Source of the DNA: Chloroflexota bacterium
GTDB lineage: Bacteria; Chloroflexota; UBA11872
NCBI GenBank assembly: GCA_028873795.1
Contig: JAPPNP010000014.1
Span: 76,209-140,208, forward strand
Direction: 5' to 3'
DNA: 64,000 bases
This document shows positions 50,253 to 61,240 of this stretch, piece by piece. A program made the position numbers and the translations under genes. Numbering within the stretch: position 1 is the first letter of the stretch; each line of letters opens with the position of its first letter. The notes beneath the pieces were generated by a model. That model did not search any database. It was not told the origin of the DNA and saw nothing but the letters and a program-made list of their open reading frames with translations.

Positions 50253-52051
50253 TCAGCAGCTCCATTGGAAGTGCGGCGCTGGTCGCTTTCGTCGAGCTCT
50301 GCGCGGCCAGCCGCCACGTTGACGGCCACACCGTACATCTCGCGCGCCTCATCCGGATCGAGGAGCAGATCCCGCACGTCTTCGAGCACCAGCGCCGGAT
50401 CGCGCTCGCTCGGATCGCCGTAGCCGCCTCCGCCGGGAGTGCGCAGCAGAATCTGATCGCCAATGTCGAGCACGACGTTCGAGAACTTTCCGTCGGAGAT
50501 CGTGTCGAACATCTCCCGGGCCGTCTGCCACTCAGTCTCCCCGGCGCGTCGGAAGAGCAGCGCGGTCGTCCCACCCTCGGACCCGCCGTGCAGACCCCAC
50601 GCCCGGTTGGACGTGCGGTTGAGGTGCGCACTCACGGTGATCGGGGACAGGCAAGTCCAAGTGCGCTGCACGCCGTGACCGCCGCGATAGGCCCCCGCGC
50701 CCGCGCCGCCCTCGGCAATCGAGTACTCGTCCAGACGCACCGGGTAACGCGTTTCCCACACTTCGCAGGGCGCGTTGAGGCAGTTGCCGTTCTTCACGAT
50801 CTGCGCGTCGTTGCCGTCGGCGTCGCGCCGGCCGCCCCATCCCATGCCCTCGTGGTGCAGGATGACGAACGGCTCGCCCGTGTCGATGTTCGTCCCGTAG
50901 AACCCCAGCAGGCCGCAGGTGCCGCCGTCGGCCGCCGAGCTGCGATCGCTGGCCTGCGCGAAGGCGGCCAGCAGGATGTCCACCGTCGTGGGATAGGTGT
51001 CGGAGTTGCCGCCCACGCACGAGCCGGGATAGTTGACGTTCACGATCGAGCCCGGCGGCGCCACGATGGCGATGGGCCGGTAGGCGCCGTGATTCCACGG
51101 AATCGGAATGTCGATCATGTGAAAGATGCCGGCGTAGGTCGCCGACGCCGTGGTGCCGAACGACTGGTTGATCGCGCCGGCCGCCTGCGGGTCCGACCCG
51201 GTGTAGTCGACGATCACCTCGTCGCCGCGGATCACCACCGTCGCCCGGATCTTCCAGGGGCGGTCCGGAATCACGCCGTCGTCCTCCAGGAAGCCCTCGG
51301 CGGTGTAGGCGCCGTCCGGCAGCCGGTCCAAGGCCTGCCGCATGAGCACTTCCGACACGTCCTTGATCTGACCCGAAAGCTGGCGGAAGCGCTCGACGCC
51401 AAGCTTCTCGACGAGGCCCACGATGCGGCGCTCGGCCAGGTAGGTCGAGCCCACCATCGCCATCAGGTCGCCGCGCGACACTTTGGGCGTGCGCACGTTG
51501 GACGTGATGATGGCGAAGATGTCCTCCACCGGCTCGTCGTCCTGGTAGATCTTGATCGGCGGCAGCCGCAACCCCTCCTGGAAGATGTTGCGCGTATCGC
51601 CAAACGCGGCGGGCACCATGCCGCCGATGTCCGTCATGTGCGCGATGTTGGCCGCGTAGGCCACCACCTCGCCCTCGTAGAAGCAGGGCTTCAACGTCAT
51701 GAACTCGGGCAGGTGGCAGCCGCCCCGGTAGGGATCGTTGTGCAGGATCACATCGCCGGGGTGCATGTTGTCCGGGCCGACCTCTTTGATGGCCCACTCG
51801 ACGGTGTGCACGATGGCGCCGATGTGCGCCGGGCAGAAGTCGCCCTGCGCGATCATTTCGCCCTGGGCGTCGAAGACGACGCACGAGAAGTCGCGTGCCT
51901 CGTTGAACATCGTCGAGTACGACGTGCGCAGCATGGCCACGCCCATCTCCTCGCAGATGCCGACGAGGCTGTTGCGGGTGACCTCCAGCTCCACCGGATC
52001 GTCGATGTGCAGGTCGGCGACGCTGCGCTTGGGATCGGTGTCTCGGGGCAT
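50249..52051 (-). CDS. hydantoinase B/oxoprolinase family protein (second copy)
   Basis: Start at ATG 52051 (MPRDTDPKRS); HyuB family; ATGA overlap with the RraA-family gene; no adjacent HyuA. Confidence 0.85.
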   Translation of the reverse strand: MPRDTDPKRSVADLHIDDPVELEVTRNSLVGICEEMGVAMLRTSYSTMFNEARDFSCVVFDAQGEMIAQGDFCPAHIGAIVHTVEWAIKEVGPDNMHPGDVILHNDPYRGGCHLPEFMTLKPCFYEGEVVAYAANIAHMTDIGGMVPAAFGDTRNIFQEGLRLPPIKIYQDDEPVEDIFAIITSNVRTPKVSRGDLMAMVGSTYLAERRIVGLVEKLGVERFRQLSGQIKDVSEVLMRQALDRLPDGAYTAEGFLEDDGVIPDRPWKIRATVVIRGDEVIVDYTGSDPQAAGAINQSFGTTASATYAGIFHMIDIPIPWNHGAYRPIAIVAPPGSIVNVNYPGSCVGGNSDTYPTTVDILLAAFAQASDRSSAADGGTCGLLGFYGTNIDTGEPFVILHHEGMGWGGRRDADGNDAQIVKNGNCLNAPCEVWETRYPVRLDEYSIAEGGAGAGAYRGGHGVQRTWTCLSPITVSAHLNRTSNRAWGLHGGSEGGTTALLFRRAGETEWQTAREMFDTISDGKFSNVVLDIGDQILLRTPGGGGYGDPSERDPALVLEDVRDLLLDPDEAREMYGVAVNVAAGRAELDESDQRRTSNGAAE

Positions 52052-52139
52052 GCCACCACTAGCGTTGACGGCGGGGCGCCCCCGCCACCTCGGTATCATA
52101 AAGTCCCCTCCGCGCCGACGTGCCAAGCCGGCGCCCCCG

Positions 52140-52490
52140 ATGCGAGGCCGCCAGATGCGTACCGCCCAAGAGGTGTTCGACGATCATTGGGACGCGGTGA
52201 TGTCCGGCGACATGGACCGCCTGCTTTCCGACTACGCGGACGACGCGCTGTTCGTGCGACCGGGCCAGGTCGCCCAGGGACACGCGGAGATCACCGCGTT
52301 CTTCGAGGACATCGGCGGCTCGCTGGACGGCTTCTCCGTCGAGCAGGTGTCGGTGACCACCGCCGAGCCGATCGTGGTGCTGGAGTGGCAAGGAAGTCAT
52401 GCCGACGGCCGCAGCGCGTCGGGTACCGACACGTTCATCATCGAAGACGACAAGATCCGGCACCAAACGCTCGTATTCAGCGTCGACTAA
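52140..52490 (+). CDS. SnoaL-like/NTF2-fold small protein
   Basis: About 116 aa with a cone-shaped alpha+beta barrel pattern (AEITAFFEDIGG...VLEWQGSHADG...FIIEDDKIRHQTLVF). Confidence 0.5.
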   Translation: MRGRQMRTAQEVFDDHWDAVMSGDMDRLLSDYADDALFVRPGQVAQGHAEITAFFEDIGGSLDGFSVEQVSVTTAEPIVVLEWQGSHADGRSASGTDTFIIEDDKIRHQTLVFSVD

Positions 52491-52535
52491 CCGCGCTCGG
52501 CGATACCCGACCAGCCAATCGGAGGATTCAATCTC

Positions 52536-53276
52536 ATGAAATCGGTTCAAATCGACTTTCTCGGTCACGCCTCGTTTCGCTTCACGGCCCCAACCGGCGA
52601 GGTCATCTACTTCGATCCCTGGCTGGATGACAGCCCCGTCTGCTCCGAAGGGCTGGCCGACGTCGATCGCGCCGACGTCGTGTGCGTGACGCACGGGCAC
52701 GTCGACCACCTCGGCGACGCCATCGCCATCGTCCAGAAGACCGGCGCCACGCTCATCGGCAGCCCGGAGGTGGCCGGCTACGCCGACACGCACGGCATCG
52801 GCTTCGACACCGACTCCTGTCCCCTCAACATCGGCGGCACGGTCAAGCTGGGCGGCGTGACCTACACCATGGTGCGCGCCGACCACTCGACCGGCATGCA
52901 CGGCACGGCCTACCGCGAAGGCGCCGCCTACGCCGAGCCGGACGGCAGCGTCTGCGGATTCGTGCTGACGTTCGACGACGGGCCGGTGATCTATGACACC
53001 GCCGACACGGGCGTCTTCGGCGACATGGCGCTCATCAGCCAGCTCTACGCGCCCGACCTGGTGATCATGCCGGCGGGCGGCAAGTACACCATGGGCGTCA
53101 AGGAAGCGGCCATAGCCGCCGCGCTCACGCGCCCGCGGGCCGTCATCCCCTGCCACTACGACACGTTCCCCAACCAGGCGGCGGATATCGACGACCTGCG
53201 GCGGCGCATCGCCGACCTGACGCCCCGCACGAGCGTGATCGAGCTCAAGCCGGGCGAGTCCGTCAGCTACCCGTAG
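52536..53276 (+). CDS. metallo-beta-lactamase-fold metal-dependent hydrolase (UPF0173-like)
   Basis: 246 aa; HxHxDH motif (THGHVDHLGD). Confidence 0.8.
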   Translation: MKSVQIDFLGHASFRFTAPTGEVIYFDPWLDDSPVCSEGLADVDRADVVCVTHGHVDHLGDAIAIVQKTGATLIGSPEVAGYADTHGIGFDTDSCPLNIGGTVKLGGVTYTMVRADHSTGMHGTAYREGAAYAEPDGSVCGFVLTFDDGPVIYDTADTGVFGDMALISQLYAPDLVIMPAGGKYTMGVKEAAIAAALTRPRAVIPCHYDTFPNQAADIDDLRRRIADLTPRTSVIELKPGESVSYP

Positions 53277-53286
53277 TCGCAATCCG

Positions 53287-54444
53287 GTGAAGATCGCCAG
53301 CGTCCAAGCCGTCGCCCTCGACTTCGGCGAGCGGCACTCCATCAGCAGATCCCGCACGTCGTGGACCGAGGACGCCCGCGTCGGTTCGCCCATGGCCCGT
53401 TATCCGCGCTACGCCGAGGTGCGCTCCAGCTGGACGCCCAATTGGCCCGGCGTGGGCGTGGTGGTCACCGCCGAGGATGGCACCCAGGGCCTCGGCATTG
53501 GCGCGCTCAGTCGCCCCATGGCCGCCCTGGTGGACGACTATCTCGGCCCGCGAATCGTCGGCGAGCCGGCGCTGGCCACGGAGCGGCTCTACGACATGAT
53601 GGTGCGGCTGTGCTCGCCCTTTGGCGCCACGGGACTGGCCTCATACGCCGTGAGCGCCATCGATCTCGCGCTGTGGGACCTGAAGGGCAAGGTGCTGGAT
53701 CGACCGGTCTACGAGCTGATGGGCGGCCCGTCGCACGACGAGATCGTCTGCTACGCCACCGGACCGCAGCACGAGTGGCACCTCGAGCTGGGCTTTACCG
53801 CCACCAAGCACCCCTGCCGCTTCGGCCCGCCCGACGGCCTGGACGGATTGCGCGGCAACGTCGACGAGATCGCCGCCCTGCGCGACCTCGTCGGCCCGGA
53901 CGTGGAGTTGATGCTGGATTGCTGGATGTCGCTCGACGTCGAGTACGCCGTGCGCCTGATCGAGGAGTTGCGGCCCTTCAAGCTCAAGTGGATCGAGGAA
54001 GTGCTGCGGTCCGAGGACATGGACAGCCACGCCGCGCTGCGCGACCGCGTGCCCTGGCAGACGCTCGCCACCGGGGAGCACTGGTACACCCCCGTGCCCT
54101 TCCAGCACGCCGCCAGCCGCCGACTGGTGGACATTCTGCAGCCCGACATCATGTGGGTGGGGGGCATCACGGCCCTTATGCGCATCTGCGCCATCGCCGA
54201 CGCGGCCGGGCTGGCGGTCATCCCGCACGGCGGCGTCAACGAGCCCTACGGCCAGCACGCGTGCTACGCCCTGCCCGGCATTCCCTGGGGTGAGTGTTTC
54301 GTGGCGTCGGGACCCGGCGTCGACCTCGCCGACGCCGTCTCAGTCCCCGGCGCGGCCCACCCCGTCAACGGCCGCCTGAAGCCCTCCGACGCCCCCGGTT
54401 TCGGCATCGAAGTCGACCTGGCGACGCTGGAGCCGTACGGCTAG
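53287..54444 (+). CDS. enolase-superfamily (MR/MLE) dehydratase, paralog 2 (rhamnonate-dehydratase-like)
   Basis: 385 aa; barrel-domain metal ligands and the KxK motif. Confidence 0.85.
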   Translation: MKIASVQAVALDFGERHSISRSRTSWTEDARVGSPMARYPRYAEVRSSWTPNWPGVGVVVTAEDGTQGLGIGALSRPMAALVDDYLGPRIVGEPALATERLYDMMVRLCSPFGATGLASYAVSAIDLALWDLKGKVLDRPVYELMGGPSHDEIVCYATGPQHEWHLELGFTATKHPCRFGPPDGLDGLRGNVDEIAALRDLVGPDVELMLDCWMSLDVEYAVRLIEELRPFKLKWIEEVLRSEDMDSHAALRDRVPWQTLATGEHWYTPVPFQHAASRRLVDILQPDIMWVGGITALMRICAIADAAGLAVIPHGGVNEPYGQHACYALPGIPWGECFVASGPGVDLADAVSVPGAAHPVNGRLKPSDAPGFGIEVDLATLEPYG

Positions 54445-54450
54445 CGAACC

Positions 54451-54650
54451 GGGCAGCCACAAGGGCTGCCCCTACAACCGAGGGACACCCCAATTCCGCG
54501 TAGGGGCGCCCCTTGTGGGCGCCCGATGGCCCGCGTCTGGTGGCCCGCGCTGCGTGCAGCGTGGGACAGCTGCGGGTGGATCTCCCAGGCTGCGCGCAGC
54601 CTGGGCCACCGGGCTCGGTCCGTCATTCCCGCGGAGGCGGGAATCCAGTC
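54451..54650. repeat. composite palindromic repeat element (module C copy 54451-54569, plus the GGCTGCGCGCAGCC palindrome and a module B hairpin at 54618-54650)
   Basis: Second copy of the 10893-11003 element, followed by further hairpins. Confidence 0.65.
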
Positions 54651-54734
54651 CCCATGTAAGCGCACTTCCAGTCGCCGGGCCGCGCCCGCTGGTAGGCTCG
54701 CCGCGGCGCATCACGCAGTCATCTGGAGACTCGC

Positions 54735-55760
<1,026 letters not shown>

Positions 55761-55762
55761 CC

Positions 55763-56527
55763 ATGCTGATCCTGCGCGAGAGTTCCTACATCTACGTCCG
55801 CAATCTGAAGACCTGGCTGGCGCAGCCGACCATGATCGTGGCCGCCGTCTTTTCGTCCGCCGTGATGTATCTCTTCTTCGGCGAGCCGCTGCGGGGCATC
55901 ACGGGCCTGCCCGGATTCCCGGCCTCCGACTACCAGGCCTTCCTGACCGCCATGGTGATCGTGATGGCCGTGGTCTTCAGCGGCAGCGACATGGCCATGG
56001 TGCTGCTCACCGACATCATGTCGGGCTATGTGGACAAGCTGCTGCTCTCGCCCGTCAACCGCTTCTCGATCCTGCTCGGGACGCTCGCAATCGGCGCCAC
56101 GCGGGCCATCGCCCAGGTGGTCGCCATCGTGCTGGTGGCGACGGCCATTGGGGTGCGGTTCGAAGGCGGCATCGTGGGCATCCTGGCCGTGATCGTGGCC
56201 ACCACGTTGCTGGGCATCGCCATGGGCTGCGTGGGGCTCATCATCGCCGTGCGCACTCGCAGCGTGCAGGTCACGGTCAATAGCTGGCTGCTGTTCATGC
56301 CGCTGGCGTTTCTCACTTCGGCCTTCATGCCGCGCGATCTGATCACCGGCTGGTTCCAGTTCGCCGTCGGCCTCAACCCGATCGAGTACATCCTGGTCGC
56401 CGTGCGCACCATCATCATCGACGGCTGGATCTGGGAGCACATCGTGCCCGGCTTCTGGGTCCTGCTCGGCACAAGCGCCGTGCTCGTCGCCGCCGCCACC
56501 TACGAGTACCGCCGCGCGACGAACTGA
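55763..56527 (+). CDS. ABC-2 family transporter permease
   Basis: About 254 aa with six hydrophobic segments, starting 3 nt after the ATPase stop. Confidence 0.8.
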   Translation: MLILRESSYIYVRNLKTWLAQPTMIVAAVFSSAVMYLFFGEPLRGITGLPGFPASDYQAFLTAMVIVMAVVFSGSDMAMVLLTDIMSGYVDKLLLSPVNRFSILLGTLAIGATRAIAQVVAIVLVATAIGVRFEGGIVGILAVIVATTLLGIAMGCVGLIIAVRTRSVQVTVNSWLLFMPLAFLTSAFMPRDLITGWFQFAVGLNPIEYILVAVRTIIIDGWIWEHIVPGFWVLLGTSAVLVAAATYEYRRATN

Positions 56528-56562
56528 ATTGGTTCGCTGCATCCCGCAGAATCGGCCTCTAG

Positions 56563-56994
56563 CTAGACCTTGTTGCTGTGGCCAGTATTGGTGATTCTAT
56601 ATTTGCTCATATCAACGCTATCAATATCATATTCTGGAAGCGAAACCTCAAGTATATACTGTTCGCCCGGTTTTAGGATGATCGTCCCAGTCGCTGAATA
56701 GCCTAGGATATTCTTGTCTCGAATCTCAATTGTTGGACTTTCAAGCCACACTTCAAAGTCACTTCGGTTTCTGATTCGAAACTTCAGAAGCCAAAATACT
56801 TCTTCATTGTTATGAAACAAGTCTCCATCAACCTGCGCATTCAGAAACTCGACTCGTTCTCGTGGATCACGCTGCATTAGCTCCATTAGTTTGGCTTGAC
56901 TATGTCCTAGATACCAAGAATGACAGAGCTTCGCAATTGTGAGCACGGCAACTATGGCTCCGGGTATACCGACCACGAGCAGCAATGTCTCCAA
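56563..56994 (-). CDS. hypothetical membrane-anchored protein encoded in a low-GC island
   Basis: 143-aa ORF, the only long stop-free frame in a roughly 470 bp AT-rich segment; TTG start; N-terminal TM helix LLLVVGIPGAIVAVLTIA then a soluble domain of about 110 aa; no recognisable family. Confidence 0.5.
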   Translation of the reverse strand: METLLLVVGIPGAIVAVLTIAKLCHSWYLGHSQAKLMELMQRDPRERVEFLNAQVDGDLFHNNEEVFWLLKFRIRNRSDFEVWLESPTIEIRDKNILGYSATGTIILKPGEQYILEVSLPEYDIDSVDMSKYRITNTGHSNKV

Positions 56995-57035
56995 AATTGA
57001 TTTGCCGTGTCTGTTACTTGCAACTGCACACTAGG
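56570..57035. other. low-GC island (roughly 40-45% GC versus about 68% in the flanks)
   Basis: An abrupt compositional shift visible directly in the sequence between the ABC-2 permease stop and the enolase paralog 3 promoter region. Confidence 0.8.
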
Positions 57036-57148
57036 AATCTGGCTCAAGCACGTCAAGAACCGCCATGCAGCAGCGCCGTCGCATGACACCCGCCGCCACG
57101 TCGTCCACAATCGCCCTCTGAGGTGATACACGACCGGAGCGCCCCGCG

Positions 57149-58309
57149 ATGAAGATCACCGACGTCCGCACGTTTCTCTATCGGGCCGGTGGGGCCAACA
57201 GGCGCTATGGGCCGATCCTGTTCGTGCGGGTGGATACGGACGCGGGCATTTCCGGTTGGGGCGAGGGATCGACTTGGGCCGGCGGCGCCGCACTGATCGC
57301 CGACTTCGGCATCAATCAGGTCCGCGAGATGCTGATCGGCCGCGATCCGTCCGAGATCGAGGCCATCTGGCACGACATCTACCGCCGCTACACCTACATG
57401 GGGTCGCGCGGGATGCCGACGCAGGTGCTCAGCGCCATCGACATTGCGCTGTGGGACATCAAGGGCAAAGCGTTGGACCGCCCGATCTACGACCTGCTCG
57501 GCGGCAAGGTGCGCGAGACGGTGCCGGTCTACGCCAACGCGTGGTGGCCGGATGGCGCGAGCGAGCCGCAGGACTACGCCGACGCGGCGCGGCGCACCGT
57601 GGACACCGGCCACCGGTCGCTGAAGTTTGACCCGTTTCTCGAAATGGCCGAAGCGTTCTACGCCTACGTGAGCGGTGAAATAACTCCCGAGCACGAGTCG
57701 GCCGGCATCGCGCGCGTGGCGGCGGTGCGCGAGGCGGTGGGACCCAACGTTCACATCCTGATCGACGCCCACGGCCAGTACGACGTGCCCAGCGCCATCC
57801 GCGTCGCCGACCGCCTGGCCGAGCTGGACGTTGCCTGGCTCGAGGAGCCGGTGCCGCCCGAGAGCCACGACGCGCTGCGGCAGGTGCGCGAGAACACGGC
57901 GGTGCCGATCTGCGTGGGCGAGCGACTGTTCACGCGCTTCGACTTCGCGCCGATCCTGGAGCGGCGCCTGGCCGACTTCGTCATGCCCGACGTGTGCTGG
58001 ACCGGCGGCATCAGCGAGCTGCGGCGCATCGGCGCCCTGGCCGAGGCCCACTACGTACCCCTGAGCCCGCACAACGCCGCCGGACCCATCCAGATCGCGG
58101 CGGGCTCGCACGTGGGGCTGACGACGCCGAACTTCTACCGCCTGGAGCACGCCATGGGCTGGATTCCGGTCTACAACGCGCCGCTGTGCGAGCCGCTGGG
58201 ATTCGAGCGCGACTTCCTGACGGTGAGCGACCGGCCCGGCTTGGGCATCGAGGTCGACGAGGACTACCTGGAGCGGCACCGCTACACCGAGTCGGAGACG
58301 ATTGCATAG
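57149..58309 (+). CDS. enolase-superfamily dehydratase, paralog 3 (D-mannonate/D-galactonate dehydratase-like)
   Basis: 386 aa; MKITDVRTF N-terminus and ManD-like barrel motifs. Confidence 0.85.
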   Translation: MKITDVRTFLYRAGGANRRYGPILFVRVDTDAGISGWGEGSTWAGGAALIADFGINQVREMLIGRDPSEIEAIWHDIYRRYTYMGSRGMPTQVLSAIDIALWDIKGKALDRPIYDLLGGKVRETVPVYANAWWPDGASEPQDYADAARRTVDTGHRSLKFDPFLEMAEAFYAYVSGEITPEHESAGIARVAAVREAVGPNVHILIDAHGQYDVPSAIRVADRLAELDVAWLEEPVPPESHDALRQVRENTAVPICVGERLFTRFDFAPILERRLADFVMPDVCWTGGISELRRIGALAEAHYVPLSPHNAAGPIQIAAGSHVGLTTPNFYRLEHAMGWIPVYNAPLCEPLGFERDFLTVSDRPGLGIEVDEDYLERHRYTESETIA

Positions 58310-58397
58310 TTGCGTCTCCCTTTGGAGACCCTTGCAAAATCCACCCGGGCTTGTGGAAGACCGGGCGCATTCCTTTCGCCGCCAGGTTCAATGAGGG

Positions 58398-58470
58398 GTG
58401 GATTCCCGCCTCCGCGGGAATGACGGAGTGGAGGCGGGAATGACGGTATGGAGGGCAGGAATCACGTGGT
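58398..58470. repeat. tandem partial copies of palindromic module B (GGATTCCCGCCTCCGCGGGAATGACGGAG x about 2.5)
   Basis: Between enolase paralogs 3 and 4. Confidence 0.55.
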
Positions 58471-58494
58471 AGTACCCATAGGTCTCATGCTGGC

Positions 58495-59763
58495 ATGAAG
58501 ATCACGGACGTCGAGCGCATCGAGCTTGACGTCGGGTTCACGCCGCGCACGGAGCCGCACATGCGGCGCGGCATCACCAACTTCTCGCTGATCGAGATCT
58601 GCCGCGTCACCACCGATAGCGGAATCGTCGGCTGGGGCGAGTCCCGCGCCATGCACAATTGGGACCGGGACATCGCCGCCGTGGATGCCGGGATCATCGG
58701 CCGCAATCCGGCGGAGCTGCTCTGGCGCGACGAGCTTGGCTCCGGCCTGCAGCAGGCCATGTTCGACCTCACCGGCAAGGCGCTCGGCGTGCCCGCGCAC
58801 CGGCTCATCGGCCGGCAGGCGCGCGCCTGGGTCCCGCTGGCGTGGTGGTGCTACGACATGCCGCCGGAGGACTTGGCCGCCGAGGCCGAGGACGCCATCG
58901 CCGCGGGCTATACGGCGTTCAAGCTCAAGCCGCGTCCCTGGTTCGACCTGACGGCGCAAATGGAGGCCATCAGCGCCGCCACGCCGGACCACGCCACCTT
59001 CGATCTCGACTTCAACGGCTTTCTGCTCGACGCCGGATTCGCGCAGCAAGTCTTGGCGGAGCTGGAGGCCTTTCCCAAGATCCACATGTTCGAGACACCC
59101 ATTCCCCAAAGCGACGTCGCGGGCAACTCCACGCTTCGAGCCAAGTCTCGCCGCGCCATTGCGCTGCACTTCGAGGAGCCCGACTTCCTCACGGCGACGC
59201 GGGAGCGCGTGTGCGACGGTTTCGCCGGTCACGGCGAGGGCGTCGGCTCCGCGCTGCACTACGCCGCGCTGGCGCACGCAGCGAACCTGCCGTTCTTCGT
59301 GCAGGTTGTGGGGACGGGCATCACCACGGCCTTCGCGGCCCACCTGTCCGCCGCGCTGCCGGCCGCCCGCTGGCCGGCCGTGACGGCGTCCAATGTCTAT
59401 CCCGACGACCTGCTGCGGGAGCCGCTCGACATCCAGCGCGGCTACGTCCGCGTACCCGAGGCGCCCGGCCTGGGAATCGAGATCGACGAGCAGGCGCTAG
59501 AGACCTTTCGTCGAGACGCCTCCGGCCCAAAGCCCCTGCCGCGCGCGATTTACACGGTTCGCTGGGCCGACGGCGGCACCGCCGAGTACGTGTCGGTCCA
59601 CGCCTACGAACGCGACTTCACCATCGGCAACCAGCCGGCCTTCGAACGCGGCGTCACGCTGACCACCCGCGAGGACGACGGCAGCGTCGAGTTCGACAAC
59701 CGATATCGCGCGGTGGCGGCAGGTGGCATTGCTCCCCCGTCGCTTCTGATTCCGTCGTTCTAG
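58495..59763 (+). CDS. enolase-superfamily protein, paralog 4, with C-terminal extension
   Basis: 422 aa; MKITDVERIEL N-terminus and the MR/MLE barrel, plus about 70 extra C-terminal residues. Confidence 0.75.
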   Translation: MKITDVERIELDVGFTPRTEPHMRRGITNFSLIEICRVTTDSGIVGWGESRAMHNWDRDIAAVDAGIIGRNPAELLWRDELGSGLQQAMFDLTGKALGVPAHRLIGRQARAWVPLAWWCYDMPPEDLAAEAEDAIAAGYTAFKLKPRPWFDLTAQMEAISAATPDHATFDLDFNGFLLDAGFAQQVLAELEAFPKIHMFETPIPQSDVAGNSTLRAKSRRAIALHFEEPDFLTATRERVCDGFAGHGEGVGSALHYAALAHAANLPFFVQVVGTGITTAFAAHLSAALPAARWPAVTASNVYPDDLLREPLDIQRGYVRVPEAPGLGIEIDEQALETFRRDASGPKPLPRAIYTVRWADGGTAEYVSVHAYERDFTIGNQPAFERGVTLTTREDDGSVEFDNRYRAVAAGGIAPPSLLIPSF

Positions 59764-59801
59764 TCGGGAGCGGGCGCGGTGCTCGCCAGCGCCGCAATGA
59801 G

Positions 59802-59888
59802 GTAGGGGCGGTTCGCGAACCGCCCGTCCGTCGCGCATCCAGTTTCTACCAGACTGGATTCCGGCCTCCGCCGGAATGACGGAGGGGC
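59802..59888. repeat. mosaic repeat (module A 59802-59830 plus module B 59854-59888)
   Basis: Between convergent genes; matches the 47.9-48.1 kb modules. Confidence 0.6.
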
Positions 59889-60189
59889 TAAGCAAGCGCC
59901 TCCACCGGGGGAGAAGGCCCGGGACCCGCTCACGCGGCACGCTGACCCGATAGAATCAAGCCCTCGAAGGTTTTGGTACGTCCGCGCCCAATAGAGGAGC
60001 TCCTCCATGCGCATCATCCTCGCGGTGCCGCGATTCTGCGCCCGTCTCTTGCGCCGACTCTCGCGCTGGCTGAGTCCGTCGGCGGACCAGCGGATGCGCT
60101 CGACGCGCCACAAGCGAGAGGCGCGCCAAAAGGGGTACGACGCCATGCGCGAGCACTACCCCCGCAGCGGAGGGCCGGGCTGGCGCTAG

Positions 60190-61224
60190 CTAGCCGAAGG
60201 GCCGCCGCTCGTGGCGGTCCAGCGGCAGCGAGATCGGCCTGCCGCCCTCGTCGACCGAGATGTAGGCCGCCTGCATGATCTCGACGGCCCGCAGGCCGTC
60301 CTCGCCGGTCAACACCGGCGGCTCGTCGCGCAGCACCCAGGCGGCGAAGCTGTCCCACTCGGTGTCGAACGCCTCCTCGAATCCGTAGCCCTCAAAGAAG
60401 GTCGTCTGCATCGGGCCGTCGTGCGCGGCGTAGTGCACCGCCACCTGCCGCGGGTCGTAGGCGATGCCGCCGTGCTCGCAGGCAATCTGGTAGCTAAACG
60501 ACGTGCGGTAGGTCGCCATGGGAAACGCCGTCGTGACCTGGATCGATCCCACCGCCCCGTTGCGGAACCGCAGGTTCACCGCGATCGCATCGTCGTAGTC
60601 CGTCACGTCGGGAAACAGCTTCGGACCGGTCATCGCCGAAACCGTGTCGACCTCGCCCAGGTAGTGCCGGATGGTGTCGACGTCGTGGGTGCCGGCCCAG
60701 TACAGCAACCCGCCGTTGGCCGCCCGACGCGACCAGAATCCGTGGATCCGCCGTCCGAAATAGCCGTGCACGTTGATGGACAGCGGGCGGCCAAACTCGC
60801 CGGTGTCGAGCAGGCGCTTAATCTCGGCGTGCGCGCCGCGAAAGCGTCGCTTGTGACCGATCATCAGCTTCACGCCGTGGCGGTCGGCCGCTTCGATCAT
60901 GTCGTGGCACTCGGCCACGGTGATCGCCATCGTCTTTTCGCAAAAGATGTGGCGACCGGCCGCCGCCGCATCGACCACGATGTCCCGATGCGTGTTGTGC
61001 GGCGTGGCGACGGCCACCGCGTCGCAGTCGCACTCCGCCAGCAGGTCGCCGTGATCGCCCCACGACGGCACGCCGTACATGTCGGCGCGATTCCGGGCCG
61101 CGTCGGCGTTCACGTCGGCCACCCCAACAAGCTCCAGCTGTGGACGCCGGGCGACGATCTTGGCCACCTCGCCGCCGAAGTTCCCGGCGCCGATCAGGCC
61201 GACGCGCACGACTGATTCAGTCAA
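60190..61224 (-). CDS. Gfo/Idh/MocA family oxidoreductase
   Basis: 344 aa; VGLIGAGNFG Rossmann and the EKT motif. Confidence 0.85.
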   Translation of the reverse strand: MTESVVRVGLIGAGNFGGEVAKIVARRPQLELVGVADVNADAARNRADMYGVPSWGDHGDLLAECDCDAVAVATPHNTHRDIVVDAAAAGRHIFCEKTMAITVAECHDMIEAADRHGVKLMIGHKRRFRGAHAEIKRLLDTGEFGRPLSINVHGYFGRRIHGFWSRRAANGGLLYWAGTHDVDTIRHYLGEVDTVSAMTGPKLFPDVTDYDDAIAVNLRFRNGAVGSIQVTTAFPMATYRTSFSYQIACEHGGIAYDPRQVAVHYAAHDGPMQTTFFEGYGFEEAFDTEWDSFAAWVLRDEPPVLTGEDGLRAVEIMQAAYISVDEGGRPISLPLDRHERRPFG

Positions 61225-61240
61225 TTTTCGGCTCCCGCCA

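Noticed and set aside
50588-52630. 680-aa plus-strand ORF
   Set aside because: It lies antisense to HyuB copy 2 and runs into the SnoaL and MBL region in a different frame. It is low-complexity and has no motifs.
52059-53393. 444-aa minus-strand ORF
   Set aside because: It lies antisense to the SnoaL, MBL and enolase paralog 2 genes, all of which have clear motifs on the plus strand.
54441-54665. Small ORFs translating WIPASAGMT or VIPAEAGIQ (also 26074-26559, 54526-55302 N-terminus, 57994-58443 and 59497-59940)
   Set aside because: They are generated by the palindromic repeat module B in both orientations. They recur at unrelated intergenic sites and are therefore repeat artefacts, not genes.
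56528-57090. Target-site duplication or flanking direct repeats around the low-GC island
   Set aside because: Only a trivial CTAG tetranucleotide recurs near both edges, which is not sufficient to call a TSD.
60007-60189. 60-aa basic ORF (MRIILAVPRFCARLLRRL...)
   Set aside because: It is short and Arg-rich, has no ribosome-binding context, lies in a repeat-containing intergenic region and shows no conservation signal, so it was not called. It could still be a small protein, but the evidence is insufficient.
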